Shown here: positions 1 through 13,461 of the stretch, piece by piece
Numbering within the stretch: the first letter of the stretch is position 1
Layout of the letters: every line of letters starts with the position of its first letter
Assembly (NCBI GenBank): GCA_964016885.1
Contig: OZ024741.1
Location: forward strand, 94,984,001 to 95,048,000
Length of the DNA: 64,000 bases
Source: Eledone cirrhosa
Lineage: Eukaryota
Direction: 5' to 3'
Notes under the pieces: generated by a model
Databases searched by the model: none
Told to the model about the DNA's origin: nothing
The model's input: the letters and a program-made list of their open reading frames with translations, nothing else
Position numbers and translations under genes: made by a program

Positions 1-1537
1 ATGAATGGCTTGTGAGAGCTATACAAGCCATGTATAAAGAAACAGTCAGCAAGGTTAGAATTAACAACGAATATAGTGAAGAGTTTAGCGTAAAAGTTGG
101 TGTTCATCAGGGCTCCGTTCTTAGCCCCCTACTATTTATTATTGCCCTTCAGGCTATAACAGAGGAGTTCAAGACCGGCTGCCCATGGGAACTCCTATAT
201 GCAGATGATCTAACGCTCATAGCTGAATCAATGGCTGAACTAGAGAAGAAATTTCAAACATGGAAGCATGGCCTAGAATAAAAAGGCCTTAAAGTTAACT
301 TGTCTAAGACTAAAGTTCTAGTTTGTAGGAAGGAAAATAGGGCACCGGTCCCATCTGGGAAATGGCCATGCTCAGTGTGTAGGAAAGGAGTAGGCAGAAA
401 CTCCATTTTATGTCCCAAATGCAAAGTATGGGTGCATAAAAGATGTAGTGGGATCACAGGTAAGCTAACTAAGAATATAGATTTTATATGTGGCCAGTGC
501 TCTGGTGCAATAAGTAGCAGCAAGTGTCCACAGAATACTAGCTCATTCAATTGCGCAGAGGGTTCTATAGAAATAGTGGACAGCTTCCGTTACCTGGGTG
601 ACAAAATCAGCAGTGGGGGAGGGTGCTCTGTAAGTACAGTCGCTAGGGTCAGAATGGGATGGAAAAAGTTCAGAGAGCTTATACCACTATTGGCCGCTAA
701 AGGGTTCTCTCTAAAAATGAAAGGCAGGCTGTATGATGCCTGCATACGAACAGCAATGTTACATGGCAGTGAGACCTGGGCATTGTGTGCAGAGGATATA
801 CGCAGACTGGAGAGAAACGAAGCTTGCATGCTCCGCTGGATGTGTAATAGTAATATATGTGAACGGCAAAGCATAAACGAACTAAGGGAGAAATTAGGAA
901 TAAGAGGGATCAGATGTTGTTTACTTGAGAGAAGACTACGTTGGTATGGTCACGTGATGCGCATGAAAGACGACAGCTGTATAAAAAAGTGCAGGGTGAT
1001 AAAAATAGACGGTAGCCATGGAGTAGGCAGACCCAGAAAAACCTGGGACGACTTGATAAATTCCGACCTCACACACTTACACCTCTCCAAGACAATGTCA
1101 CTGGACGAGATCTTTGGCGTTACACAGTAATACAGAAGACCCACCTTGCCTAAGTACAAAGCGAAACTTACAGTCAGTAGGCACCTCTTACCAAAATACA
1201 CCCCCGTCCCACTACCCCCACCCCATCCACACGACCCCCTTCAATGTGAAGTTATGTTGGTGCCACAACATCCAGGCCGAAACAAATGAGGTCGTGTAGG
1301 TGTCACAACAAAAAAACACACAGTCCACGCTGTAATGTGTCCGTGTAGGTAACACGGTAAAAACCTCTCAGTCCACACTGTAAATGTGGTTGGTGTTAGG
1401 AAGGGCATCCAGCTGTAGAAAACCTGCCAGACAGTCCTATACGAGCAGGACAACCAATCTTGCTTCAAGTGGGAAAACTCCCGTCCAAACCCATGCAAGC
1501 GTGGAAGATGGACGTTAAACGATGATGATGATGATGA
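1..1537 (+). mobile_element. RTE-clade non-LTR retrotransposon, 3' part, decayed (subfamily A)
   Basis: RT motifs GVHQGSVLSPLLF and LLYADDL (ORF 12-281), continued in the same frame by ORF 300-1130 (FRYLG, RRLRWYGHVMR, GRPRKTW). The TAA at 279-281 is TCA in the sibling copy at ~24820. There is a 1-bp deletion near 1106. The 3' UTR ends in (GAT)n at ~1521-1537. Cut by the window start. Confidence 0.93.
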
Positions 1538-1541
1538 GTAT

Positions 1542-1683
1542 CCTGTGGACACTTGCTACTTACTGCACCTGAGCATCAGCCGCATATAAAACCTACATTC
1601 TTTGATAGCCTGCCTGTGATCTCACTACATCTTTTATGTACCCATAGATTGCATTTTGGACATAGGATGGAATTTCTACCTAC
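1542..1683 (-). mobile_element. Diverged internal RTE fragment (Cys-rich finger region), inverted
   Basis: Aligns by eye with 24567-24709 (cacttgctgctacttattgcaccagagc...cctgtgatcccactacatcttttatgcacccata...tttctacctac). Confidence 0.8.
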
Positions 1684-1803
1684 TTGTTACTCTGGAGTTT
1701 CACCTGTTTAAAGAGGTGAAACTCCAGAGTAACAAGACTCATTATATAGTCTTAATAAAATGAATATTTAAATTCTACTTCGGTAGTGAGTACTCTTGTC
1801 TCT
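1683..1803 (+). mobile_element. Perfect 23-bp hairpin plus tail; probable fold-back Penelope-like 3' fragment
   Basis: cttgttactctggagtttcacct (1683-1705) and aggtgaaactccagagtaacaag (1714-1736) with an 8-nt loop. The right arm reads GAAA-CTC-CA-GAG-TA, like a hammerhead 3' half. AATAAA follows at ~1754. The right boundary is uncertain. Confidence 0.45.
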
Positions 1804-1829
1804 CAGCTGTCAACCATGTCATGACAAAA

Positions 1830-2035
1830 AGAACCTGGTCCACACTGTAAAGTGGTCATGTAAGTGTCACAACAAAAAACACCCAGCACACTACAAATGT
1901 AGTTGGCATTAGGAAGGGCATCCATCCATAGAAAGTAAGCCAGAATCAGTTCTGTATGAGCAAGACACCATCACCTGACTCGACTTGCCTCAAATGGGAC
2001 AATATGTCTAACCTATGCTAGCATGGAAAATGATA
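1830..2035 (+). mobile_element. RTE 3' UTR fragment
   Basis: ccacactgtaaag...gttggcattaggaagggcatcc...tatgagcaag...ctatgctagcatggaaaatgat matches the 3' UTRs at 1370-1537 and 26595-26822. Confidence 0.75.
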
Positions 2036-3169
2036 TATATGTTATTGAGGTGAATGAACTTAAACTGATTCTCATAAAACTGCATTATTACTGGATGAAA
2101 ATGTTGCTTTTGTGAATTTATTGCAAACTAGACTTTGTGACATTAGGATATCCCAATATCTGGGATAAATGTAAGGTCTGTTTTTTAGACATCATTTCAT
2201 TTTAATATCTGGTGTTACAATAGACAAGATTTAACATGTCTATCAGATGAGAGATAAAAGCTATAAACAAGAGACGGAGTAACACCAGAGATTCTGCATC
2301 AAAACAAACCACAGCGACAAGTGATGAATACTCTGCAACAAGTTTAAAAAATATAAACAATATTTCAAGAAAGACAAACAAAAATATGACATAGAAACAA
2401 AAACACTTGAAGGCACAGACAATCATATCCATAATTTAAAACCTTCGAAGAAGAACATTTTCATGGCATAAATATAATAGCAACAATGTACACATGCATA
2501 CACACACACTTGTCAAGTGAAGAACATTGTAAAAAAAAAAAAAAGGACAATTTTGGTTTTGGTCATGAACAGTTTGTAAAAATTGCGTTTTCTAAAACAC
2601 ACACTAACAGTTTGAGTATTTTTACTGGTTTATTGGGTGACAGCAGCAACAATAACTTTGACACTTATACACAAACACAAATGTCACCAAGCACAAAGAA
2701 CACACTTGTAGTCAGTTGTGCCAATATAACCTCCAATGAGGAATCTTTAGACATATTGAAAGTGGAATCCAAAATAATCTACATTATGTCTAAAAGTACT
2801 GCATTGTTTTGCTCAAAGAGTATATTCAGAAGCAGGCATGAAAAAAAAAATGTATCTACCATTGTCTCGTAAAGGGAGGATATGTGCTTTTCTATGCTTT
2901 CAGAAAATGAATTTAAGGAAGTTTTATCTGACAACTAAACTAAGATTTTAAGGATAGAAAGATGCAGCGCCTCCACTCCCTGGTCAGTGGCTTTGGCTAA
3001 GTACTGAGTTTGTTTGTGATCAGCCATCTAATCCTTGTTAGCAGGGGGAAAACACATTAAATGAGGATGATTATTTATATATTCTTTCCTCCTTCTCCTT
3101 CTTTTTCTCCTTCTTCTCTTCCTCCTCCTTATCATTATTGTATGTAAATAAACTCATACACAAACTCGC

Positions 3170-3247
<78 letters not shown>
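3170..3247. repeat. (TC)n microsatellite
   Basis: Direct reading. Confidence 0.97.
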
Positions 3248-3248
<1 letters not shown>

Positions 3249-3249
3249 G

Positions 3250-3362
3250 TTATACTTTAAGAGGGTCATGCTGCCAATAAAAACACACGCATCTGTTGGT
3301 TTTTCACTTCAATTTATTATAAATTTCCGGTTGGTTGGTTGGTTTGATAACTGGATGGTTGC
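3250..3362 (-). mobile_element. Older 3'-end fragment of the Penelope-like family at 14846-18829
   Basis: gttatactttaagagggtcatgctgccaataaaaacacacgcatctgttggttttcacttcaatttattat matches 14909-15050 with substitutions. Confidence 0.85.
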
Positions 3363-3484
3363 TCATCTCTTGCAAAACAAATTAAAAAATGAAGTATATA
3401 TATATATATATAAATAAATAGTCTCTTTTTTTTCTTAATATTGATACTCCACCTGATATCACTTATTATTAGAATGTTGTGCAA

Positions 3485-3585
3485 TATTCTTTCTGGTTCT
3501 TTTGTATTGAGTTCAAATTCTACTGAGGTCAAGTTTGCCTTTCATCCTTTCAGGGATTGATAAAGTATCAGTTCTGTACTAGGTT
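3485..3585 (+). mobile_element. SINE-like fragment
   Basis: B-box-like gagttcaaattc. tttcatcctttcagggattgataaagtatcagt is shared in reverse with 6548-6700. Confidence 0.55.
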
Positions 3586-5517
3586 TGGTTCTCTCTCTCT
3601 CATCTTTCATCCTGTGTGTGTGGAAGAAATTGATTGTTCAAACCTGGTGAGAGATGAGCTCTGCCAGATATAAAATGCCATTTGTCACAATGGCACCCCT
3701 ACAACTCTATTAGGAGTTTAGTGACCATGGATATATATTATCATCATAATTGTTTAATGTCCATTTTCTCTACTAGTACAATATGTGTGTCCATATGTGA
3801 AACCATTCACATCAGTTTCTATTATAATGAACATATATATTATTTTGCTTTTTATTCTGTTAATGATTTGTTATGCGAATATTTGTGGAGTGAATAGATT
3901 GCTAAACCTAATATAAAATATTTCCATCAGGTTGTGAATTGTTCCATAATTACAATATTTATTGTAACAGAATATGTAGTAGTAGAACACAATAAAGTAA
4001 TTAAGATATATATTTTAATACTCCAAAATCTAATCATGCTTTAGTGAATTTCTCTTCATATTTTCCCCTAGAAACTTTAAATTTGTCTTGTGGAAGCTTT
4101 GAAAGTCAGTTGATTATAATTTAAATGAGATTAAATCATATTTTGTTGATGTTGAGATTTTAATTTGTTTCTCCTATTCTGTGTCGAAGGAGTAATTGTT
4201 GTTGTTATTGTTAATGAAACAAATCTGAAATGTTATGAAAACATCATGCAGATTCATTTATAGCAACTATGATAAGGTTTAGGATGTTTTTTTCTTCTTT
4301 CTTTACCTTATGGATAGAATATATTTACTATAAATTGAAAAAGTAAAAAAGAAAAAAATGTAAAGCTGAAATTGGCACAGATTAAGCAGTGTAGACTCTC
4401 ACTAGATAGCTGCATTGAGAGATAATAGCAAATTTAGGATAATCCCTGAAACCAGTTGCAGACTGAAAATAGTTGAACAACTAATTACTATGTAGACAGC
4501 AGTTAGAGAAGAAAATTATAATTTTTGCTTTATGTTTCCAGCTGCTACCATTATTTAGCAGCCATGGTGTATTGTTTGGAATCATGGCTTTGTTTTATGT
4601 AGTCATGGTAGTACTACTTCTGATTTTACTGTATTTTCTTAGACATTTGATGTTCATGAGACTCAGTGGTGAAGTCAATGCCAAAAAGATTTCGTCCAAT
4701 CCGATTACATTTCAGTAGAAATGCCAATCTAAAAATTGTCTCATTGCCAACTTTAGTGTTTGGGAAAGATGGTTGTCTTTAATAATACAAAGGGCTCAAA
4801 ATGTTATTTATAGTTAAGTCTGTAGAAGTATTTATATTCAAACATCAGTGGAATTTTTGCAATGTTAGATTTTAATTTTATATACATTCTTTTTCTTTGC
4901 TGAGAATTAGTCTTAGAGAATAATCAATAAAGCAATGAAATATTTCCTCTTTTTTATCTCGATGTTTAAATATATATTTCAGAGCCATTTTTTAAACTGC
5001 TGCAATTTAGATTTTATTTCATTATAACTCATTTAGAATAACCATTCTTTTGTATGGGAATTAGAAATACTATGGGTTTAGACAGGTTGTCACGTTCAGA
5101 GGCTAGACAGGTCAGATGACTGCATCATGTTCATATATTTCATTTTGACATGGTTTCTATGGTTGGATGTCCTTTCTAATGCCAACCACTTGATGGCATC
5201 TACTGGGTGTTTTATTGTGGCATCACCACTATCACCTAACTAGGTGCTTTTTATTGTTGCAGCAGCACTATCACTTTATGGGTTATGTGTATTTTATTTT
5301 GACATCAACTTTACCACTAGGACACTTGTGTTGGCTCCGACCTGACTGAAGGGAGTGATGGAGGTGGGTCGGCAAAATAAATGTTGCTTGCTAAGGGAGG
5401 TGGGTGAGAGAGAGGTGGCCTCCATTTTTTTCTAATTTATTCAACTATTATTTATAGTTATCAATTATTATTATAGTTATCTGCATTGTGGCAACTATAT
5501 CAGTTTTATGTTGGTGT

Positions 5518-5630
5518 ATACAGTCCTATATGAGCAAGACAACCAATCTTGCCTCAAATGGGAAAATTCCCGCCCAAACCCATGCAAGCGTGGAAGATGG
5601 ACGTTAAATGATGATGATGATGATGATGAT
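5518..5630 (+). mobile_element. RTE extreme 3' end with (GAT)n tail
   Basis: Near-identical to 1431-1537 and followed by a short TA run. Confidence 0.9.
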
Positions 5631-6547
5631 ATAATATATATACAAAATTCACTTAATATTTCAAATTATGTAATTTTTTTTCTAATTTCAAGTGTTGCTG
5701 ATTTATGTTAGTTTTAAATTTAAGTGTCTATTTTGGTTTAGTCAAGTATTTATATAAATGTTTAAATCACTGATTAGAAGTTATTATGTAGCCAAAATTA
5801 CACACTCCATTCATTCACACACCAATTCACAAATTGCCTGTGTTATAGTTAATCATCATTTCTACATTATTCTAGTTATTTCCCTGTGAAACTACCTTCA
5901 TATTTATTTATCATCATTTAACATCCATTTTTCCCTGCTAACAAGGGTTGGACAGGCTATCATAGAGTAAGTCAGAACATAACTGGTGTTACTGATCTCT
6001 CAGATGGGCCAGAAGCTGCTTTTTGCTTATATATGTTCCCATATTCAACAGACTGGACTGAGTGAATTTTATTGTGGCACTAGCACTAGGGAGATCATCA
6101 TGCCTTTAACACGACTCAACAGACCTCTTTTATTTATCATCATGGCCAAGCATCTACTATAGCTAAAGTCAATTTATGATATTTAGAATTATGTCTCCAG
6201 CTAATCCTAGTCATTTCTTTCTTGATATTGTACTTACACTGGTTTCCTTATTTAAAGTTTCACTTTGTATATAGAAATTTCCATATAATTTCATCAGAGG
6301 AGAGAGGCTTTTTGAACTGTTTCCAGTTTTTGGAAGTTTATATTGTAAATCACAATTCTTTGTACTAATCAATAAGGAATGTAAAGTTATCTTGGTTCTG
6401 CTGTTTAAGTTTATCTTCAGTCAATATCTAAAATTCACCATTAAAATTTCTAATTTCTTTTAAGGATCTTCATAATATACCTTTAATTCTCCTTATATAA
6501 CCTTTAAAGGGACACTTACGTGCATCTCATAAAATTGCTAAAACTGA

Positions 6548-6700
6548 TTTCTAATTTAGGCACAAGGCCAGCTATTTGTGGGGAGTGGAAAGTTGATTAT
6601 ACTAACCCAGTACTTTACTGGTACTTTATTTTATTGACCCCAGAAGGATAAAAAGTGAAATTTGAACTCAGAATGTAAAGGGTCGTAACTAAATGCTGTA
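6548..6700 (-). mobile_element. SINE-like fragment
   Basis: Reverse match to 3485-3585, including a B-box-like tttgaactc on the + strand. Confidence 0.55.
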
Positions 6701-7237
6701 TGCTTTCTACTCTGTTTTTTTCTGTCTTCTTACCTGCATAAAGTAAATTTTATCACTCGACCGATCCACTGGTATCTAGATTGATTTATTGGTTGTCCTT
6801 AATATTAAAAAAACAACAACATATGGTCAGCTTATTTATTCTACTAATTTCCAGTACTTATTTCTATTGTTTCATAATTCTTTATCTTAAAAGATCTACA
6901 ACAACATACACAATGTATTAATTGTTGTGTTTCAGCTAGCATCATCATGTCAGTTCTTTGTCAATAGCAATATTATAATTAATATTTATCTACTCAACAG
7001 TCTGTAGTTAGAATAGAAACTTTCAGTCATAGTCAATATCTTTGTATACATTTTCTTCTTTGAATTGAAGATAAGCTTGTTTTTTTTTGCCATTGTTGAT
7101 TTCTGTGAACATTTTTGATATAATTTTCTTCTTGTACCATTTTCAATCCACATAGCTCTATAAGCAACACTTCTGCAGATAAAACTAACAGATTTGCTGC
7201 CAGCTTTGGTTACAATTTCAATTTACTTGCTTGGAAT

Positions 7238-7391
7238 ATATGCATACCATGTGTATACATACTATGCATATACATACTATGCATATACATACCATGCATA
7301 TATATATACCATGCATATGCATACCATGCGTATACATACCATGCGTGTACATAACATGCATATACATACCATGCATGTACATACCATGCAC
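7238..7391. repeat. 15-bp minisatellite (ATGCATATACATACC)n, ~10 degenerate copies
   Basis: Direct reading. It explains the low-complexity ORFs at 7194-7449. Confidence 0.9.
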
Positions 7392-8029
7392 ACTAACTAA
7401 AAATGTTCTGTTATTTCCTTTTCTCACCTCAGAAGTGGGACAACTTTAATCACAAAAACTTAAGAAACTGATGTTTAATAGCTATTTAATAGCTTTACAG
7501 CTGTCATCCTGAATTGGCCCTATGAACTTATTCATTTATCTAACTCTAATGCTGTAGGTGTTCATTCTAACCCCTCCCTCTCACCATTATAGGTTACCAT
7601 TTAGCAATCAAGTCTTCGATGACATCCAAAGGACTACTTTGTATATTTCTCCTTTGTTGGTATGTGCATTGCAGACATTAATGAATACATTAATGCTGCA
7701 TTAATGACCTTGTGGCCTATACCAACCACCTGAATTTCCAAAGAAATGGCACCACTCTACATTTCTTTTGTTTTCTATACACTGATTCCATCCATTTGCA
7801 ACCTTAACGTTTGGCATATATAAATTTTCTCTGAACTCCCTGACACCAAATATATTCCAAAAAAGGAAAATCTTTTATACAAAACATAAGTAAATATATT
7901 TTGCATTAAATATTGCATTAAAGTATTGATCACACACCGGGACATATATCTGTGTCATTGCACTCACCAACTCCACACCACCCCCTATAAAAACTGTTTT
8001 GTGTATCTACTTCTTATCTTCCCGTTAAG

Positions 8030-8230
8030 GTCCATGGCTTAGTGTTTAGAGTTGGATTCACAGTCATGAGGTTGTGAATTTGACACTTTATTTTACACTG
8101 CTCCAATTCACTGAGCTGTAGAAATGAGTTGTAACATCATTGATACCAAGCTATGTTTGCCTTTCCTTCGGCCAACTTCAGTGGCATGGAGAGGGGAGAC
8201 TGGTATGCATGGGCGACTGTCGGTCTTATA
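8030..8230 (+). mobile_element. tRNA-derived SINE, decayed
   Basis: A-box-like tggcttagtg. The core actttattttacactgctccaattcactgagctgtagaaatgag is shared in reverse with 14660-14800. Confidence 0.6.
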
Positions 8231-8573
8231 TAAAGTGGAACATCGGTTAATGAACCTAATTCATTCCTGAAGGCTGTTCATCACTAGAAATATTCATAAA
8301 ACAAAATTATTTTTTCCCATACAAAATGTTGAGAGAAATACAGTGAGAGACTGTCTGTGAAAGACAGATAGATATCACCATAGTAACTAAATCCAGAGCA
8401 AGTGTCACTTTCCGGCTGATATTCTCAGATTGTTTCCAACTGTTGTTGCCAACTTGTGTGTTCGTTACTTGAGACACCATTTGCGAACCAAGACGTTTTA
8501 TGTTAGGAAAACTTGTTCGTGAACCAATTTGTTCATGACAAGAGGTTTTTGTGAACTGAATTTCCACTCTATC

Positions 8574-8605
<32 letters not shown>

Positions 8606-8609
8606 AATT

Positions 8610-8787
8610 AACACTGTAAATGTGGTTGGTATTAGGAAGGGCATCCAGCTTTAAAAATCCCACTCTAAATACTGTTCTGTTTGAGCAAGGTACGGCGTGG
8701 CCAACTGGCCAGACTTGTCCCATAATGTGGATGACACATCTAACCCATACAAGCATGAAAAAATAGACATTAAATGGTGATGATGAT
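8610..8787 (+). mobile_element. RTE 3' UTR fragment between TA runs
   Basis: acactgtaaatgtggttggtattaggaagggcatccagct...aacccatacaagcatg...gacattaaatggtgatgatgat, with (TA)n on both sides. Confidence 0.85.
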
Positions 8788-8827
8788 ATATATATATATA
8801 AATAGATATATTATTTATGATGATCTA

Positions 8828-8977
8828 CAGTTTCTATCTACCAAATTTCACTCACAAGTTATTAGTCAATCTGAGACTATAGTAGAAGAAGCATCTAAGG
8901 TGTCATGCATTGGAACTAGATCTGAAACTAGAAAGTTGTGAAGCAAATTCTTCAACCACATAGCCATGCCTGCACCT
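8828..8977 (-). mobile_element. tRNA-derived SINE head, decayed
   Basis: The minus strand reads ggtgcaggcatggctatgtggttgaag...cttgtgagtgaaatttggtagatagaaactg. Similar + strand copies lie at ~9352-9500 and ~10647-10740. Confidence 0.6.
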
Positions 8978-9351
8978 ATAATGAATAAGAAAATATAAAA
9001 AAAAAATTATTCAATAGTTTCTTGTAGGAATTCTTCTACTGCCTGTGCCAGTTTGATTTAATTGTTTAATGTGTTCAAACTGTGAACTTGTTGAATGGTA
9101 TTGTCTGTAATTGTTTTGGCTTTTGAATCTGTTGTCAAATGATGACAGGCGAAAAAAACATTTGTTAGAATATTTGCTATTTTATTTATAACTAATTCTA
9201 CCTCACTTGTCACTAGAATTCTCTGTTCTTCATTACTGTTTGTCACTTATTTCATTACATGCTGTTTTTATTTCTTTTATTTCTTCCTTAGTTCATAGTT
9301 ACTACAATTTAACTTGCTGTTTTACATTATTGATTTCCAATTATTGCTTTA

Positions 9352-9680
9352 GATGCAGCATGACTGAATGATTAAGAAATTCTCTTTGCAATCATGAAGT
9401 ACTCCATCTTCAGCAAGTGTTTCTTACCATAACTTCGCATAGAGCCAAACCTTGTGAATGACATTGGGTATATAGAAACTGTTTGGAAGCTTATTAGATG
9501 AATTTTACCTGTAATTCAAAGGATTGGCCTTGTCACACATTGTGACATTGAATCTCTTAAAAATTATTTTAAACGTACACATGTCTGTGGAATACTAGCC
9601 GCGTACATGTTAATTTCACAAGTGGGCTGTTTTGTTGAACTGAACAACTGGAACAAATATTATCGAAACTGGTAGAGGTC
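9352..9680 (+). mobile_element. tRNA-derived SINE, decayed
   Basis: gcagcatgactgaatgattaagaa...ccttgtgaatgacattgggtatatagaaactg resembles the reverse complement of 8828-8977. The 3' boundary is uncertain. Confidence 0.5.
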
Positions 9681-10276
9681 CATTTAATTATTATTGCTTT
9701 GCAATCATCATCATCTAACATCCATTTTTCCTGCTAGCAAGGACCAAGTCAGTATTCAAGCAGAGCTAATTGACCTTGCAGTTGAGCCAGAGGCCTGCAT
9801 CTTACTTACTTAATTTCTCACATTCTACTGAATGCTTAGGCAAACTGGGGGCACGGCATCTTGTTTACAAAATGTTCCCACTCTCTGCTGAGTGCATTTT
9901 ATCCTGGCACCAGAACGAGAGGGGTTGTTATGTCTTTACACAGCTAAAAATTCCTCCTACCCCTTTTTTCCTAGTTTTCTGTAGTTAGATGCTCATCCTA
10001 TCACCAACTACTTTTCAGAGTGTACTGGCTGTGATTATTGAGTAGATTACCAACACTGAGTAGGTTATGTTTTTGACACAATTGAAGAATACTGACCCTT
10101 TGTTTGGCAGGTTTTCTATAATTGGATGCCCTTCCTATTACCAACTACTTTACATAATGTACAGGGAGTATTTATCATAATTTTCTTACCATGAAAACTT
10201 CTGTTAATTAATGATGAGGAGTTGTGAAGCATAATGTTGTTTGAGTGTTGAAATGGCTGCAGTTATTTATTTTATA

Positions 10277-10482
10277 TCATCATCATCATCAGTGTTTTAC
10301 ATCGATTTTTCCACACTAGCATGGGTTAGACGGGTTGCCCTGTTGTGGGCAATGTTAGGTCAGGTGACCAAGTCTTGTTCATATAGAACTGATTTTGACT
10401 TGATGCCTTTCCTAACGCCAACCTCATTTAGAGTGAGTACTGGTGCTTTTTGTTGTGACACGACCACTTTACAGTGTGGACT
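10277..10482 (-). mobile_element. RTE 3' UTR fragment (subfamily B-like)
   Basis: (ATC)n, then ttccacactagcatgggttagacgggttg...ccttcctaacgccaacctcattt. This is a reverse match to 26595-26822. Confidence 0.85.
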
Positions 10483-11168
10483 TACAAGTATCTGTCTAGT
10501 CATTTCTTTTATTATACAACATTATGATGAATAAATATTGTAATGAGCCTTGGCTATCTATAAGGCAGGTATATAAATCTGGTTCCTGTGAAGTCAACTG
10601 TATGAGGGATATATTTATCCATTGAGTTTTCACTAGTATACAGTGGATGCTGGCATACACAAGTGGTTAAGAAGCTCGCTTTTCAATTATGTGTTCCCAA
10701 ATTCAACCCCGTAGTGCATCATCTCTAAAAGTAGCTTCTGGTCAATCAAAGTCTTGTAAGTAAAATTGTGTAGGGGGAAAGCTATGTGGAATTCCAGTGG
10801 ATAGATCGTATCTATAAGTCAAAGTTTCAGTTTTGTCACATATTGTATCATGCTGATTCTGCCTGAAAATTACATTAAGGGTACAGGTGTATGTAAATTC
10901 ACACACTAATTTAATATATAGGTAGTTCATTTAAACAAATAACTGAATGTTCGTCATCAAAACTTGTCATTTTACAATCTGTAATATTTTATACCAGTAT
11001 CTATTTATATTTCAAAGAAAAAAAAAACTTTGGATTTTAATATTCTACAAAATGATAAAAAGAAGTTTCCAGAGTTAGTTATTTTTTCAATGGGTTAGTT
11101 ACAGCATTTATGCTGTTAAGCTCTTTATTTCCATTTAATTTACATACACTTTGTCATGCAATCAGTCT

Positions 11169-11411
11169 TTAACCTTTTTGATACCAAACTGCCCCTAACT
11201 GACACTAGTTTTATGATATGAAACTGTTTTAAAGTGTTTATATTTATCTAAAATTCTATTATATTTTTTATGTAAGAACCTTTGTCAATTTGTTTTCAAA
11301 ACAGCTTAATGAAAGTTATATTACTAAATCCCTTCAAATTCTTTATTATTTTCAAAATTATTTGAAAATCAGAGGCATTGACTTTCATTAGAAATATACC
11401 GGAAAGGTTAA
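11169..11411. mobile_element. TTAA-flanked MITE (piggyBac-like), decayed
   Basis: ttaa-cctttttgatacca...ggaaagg-ttaa. A second similar copy lies at 13896-14134. Confidence 0.55.
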
Positions 11412-13240
11412 ATCATGGACCCCAATCCTTTTAGACCATCAACCACTTCATAAAATCCTTGACTCCCTTCCTCATCGATCCTAGACATACATAAAATTAT
11501 AACTAAATAAATAAATAAATCAGTAAACAATATAAAATAAATAGATAATAAAGATTAATTATATAATTATGTATTTTTATTTCTTATACAAATGTCAATT
11601 TTTGGCTCCAAAGTTCAATTGACCCTTTACATAGTTCTATCAACACCTTATTTTGGGTTCTCCTGCTTAAAATGCTTTGTATGCATTAAGTTTTTGTTAG
11701 ATATTAGTTGTGTGTGTGTGTGTGTGTGTGATCATTTTACAGCTGTTTTCTAATCTGACATGTTGGATGGGTTTTCACAGCTTGAAACTGATGGGTGGAG
11801 GAGGGTGGGGTATGTTTCACTGAAGGGTGTTTACAAATAGGAAACAAGACAGAGAACTACAGCTGATGTAATTGTTTAAGGTTTATCTGTTGGTAATTAA
11901 TTGATGTTATTGCTAGGAATGTAGCACAAATGAATCCAAAGACCCAGTTGTTTGCATAATGCTCGTTCTATCAATAGTTTTCTCATCCTATCTTTATCTA
12001 AGAAAACCTACAAAAACTAAAGCGGGGTTCTTTTTAACTGAATGATGAGATAAACATAAATAAATTTAATTTATTTCCTAACTCATCTGACTAATTAATT
12101 TCTTTGTATGTAAATAAAAATTAATCTTTATGAAAATATTATTCTTTGTATTTATTGTCTTTCTAAATGGTTAAAACCTCAAGGCTTTAAAAATATATCG
12201 TTTATATTTTCAGATATGTATCTTAATATGTTATATATTACATAGCTATTTGGCACTACTAAACTTCTATTTTAAACCCATTACTTTTTAATATGGCCTT
12301 TGAAGTCTTTCTAATTAAATTTTGGAATGGTATTCATGAATACTCTTGATCTGTTACTATTTGTAGAATCTATTGAAGAACATGACAAGAAATTCAAAAT
12401 ATATAATCTGTCTCTGAAATTGAAAAAGGCTAAAGGTAAAAGGAAAACATGTTAATTAGTTGTTATAACATTGAAAAGTCCTTATAAAGAGAAATTTGGC
12501 CTTGTTCAAGTTTGGAGAAAATGTGTTGAAAGAAATTCAATACTGTTGTAGCAGTGTAATGAAAGGGTGATAAAGATATGTTTGCTGTGTTCTTGGCAAG
12601 TTGACAGACTCCCACATCTAGTGTAGAAGGTGTTTGACTGTGTCAGTTTACACTTGAAAACATCATGTGAAAACCAAACAGTTGCAATCACTAGTTAGGT
12701 AAGAGGTTGAATTTTGTCAATTGAACACTGAAATTAATCTGATTAGAAGACACTCAATTATTGTTCATTACAAAAGGAGATATGTTAATATTTAAAATAA
12801 AGTTGTCTAAACTCACCAATACAGTCTGGAAGAACAAACACCATTCACTGAGCACCAAAGTTGATGATTTATCAAACTTGCATCCTCAGCACTCTCTTAT
12901 ATAGTAATGAAACATGGACAACCAATTCTGAAGTCCTTGTTAGAACAAGTTCTAAGTTTATACATATCTGCAATGCTCAAGGAGTTCATCTGTGATAGCT
13001 TGGTCATGGATGGAGGTTGCATCTTTAACTTGATAGGAGGTTACATCTTTAATTTGATGGAGGTTACATCAGTTAATATGAGTGCAGAGCACATTCAGTA
13101 CCTGCGATATCGGGATCTGTATAAACAGATTGCACATTAAAATAGAGTTTATGAGAGGGCATAGCATAAAACCTTTTTTATTTTAGAGAGGTGCTGTGAA
13201 AAAAACATGTTGATTGAAATCAGCTTAAGCACTAACATGA

Positions 13241-13461
13241 TTAATCCTTTAGCATTTAAACTGGCTGTATCTGGCCAGAATTCTCTCAACTCTTTCTGTT
13301 CAAACCAGCCATAACTGGTCACTCATACTGATGTTAAGGTATTGTTCTCAAAATAAATAATATCAAAATCTCATAGATTCAATGTTATGTAAAATAAAGC
13401 CTTTACCACGAAATACAATCGCATATATATAGAGAGAGTAATGTAAATGCTAAAGGGTTAA
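13241..13461. mobile_element. TTAA-flanked MITE (piggyBac-like)
   Basis: ttaa-tcctttagcattta ... taaatgctaaaggg-ttaa: a ~14-bp terminal inverted repeat with TTAA on both sides. Confidence 0.75.

Noticed and set aside
10742-12430. Possible minus-strand host exons (acceptor-like TTTCAG at ~10863 and ~12414)
   Set aside because: The frames are short with stops and there is no recognisable domain. This cannot be supported without RNA-seq.
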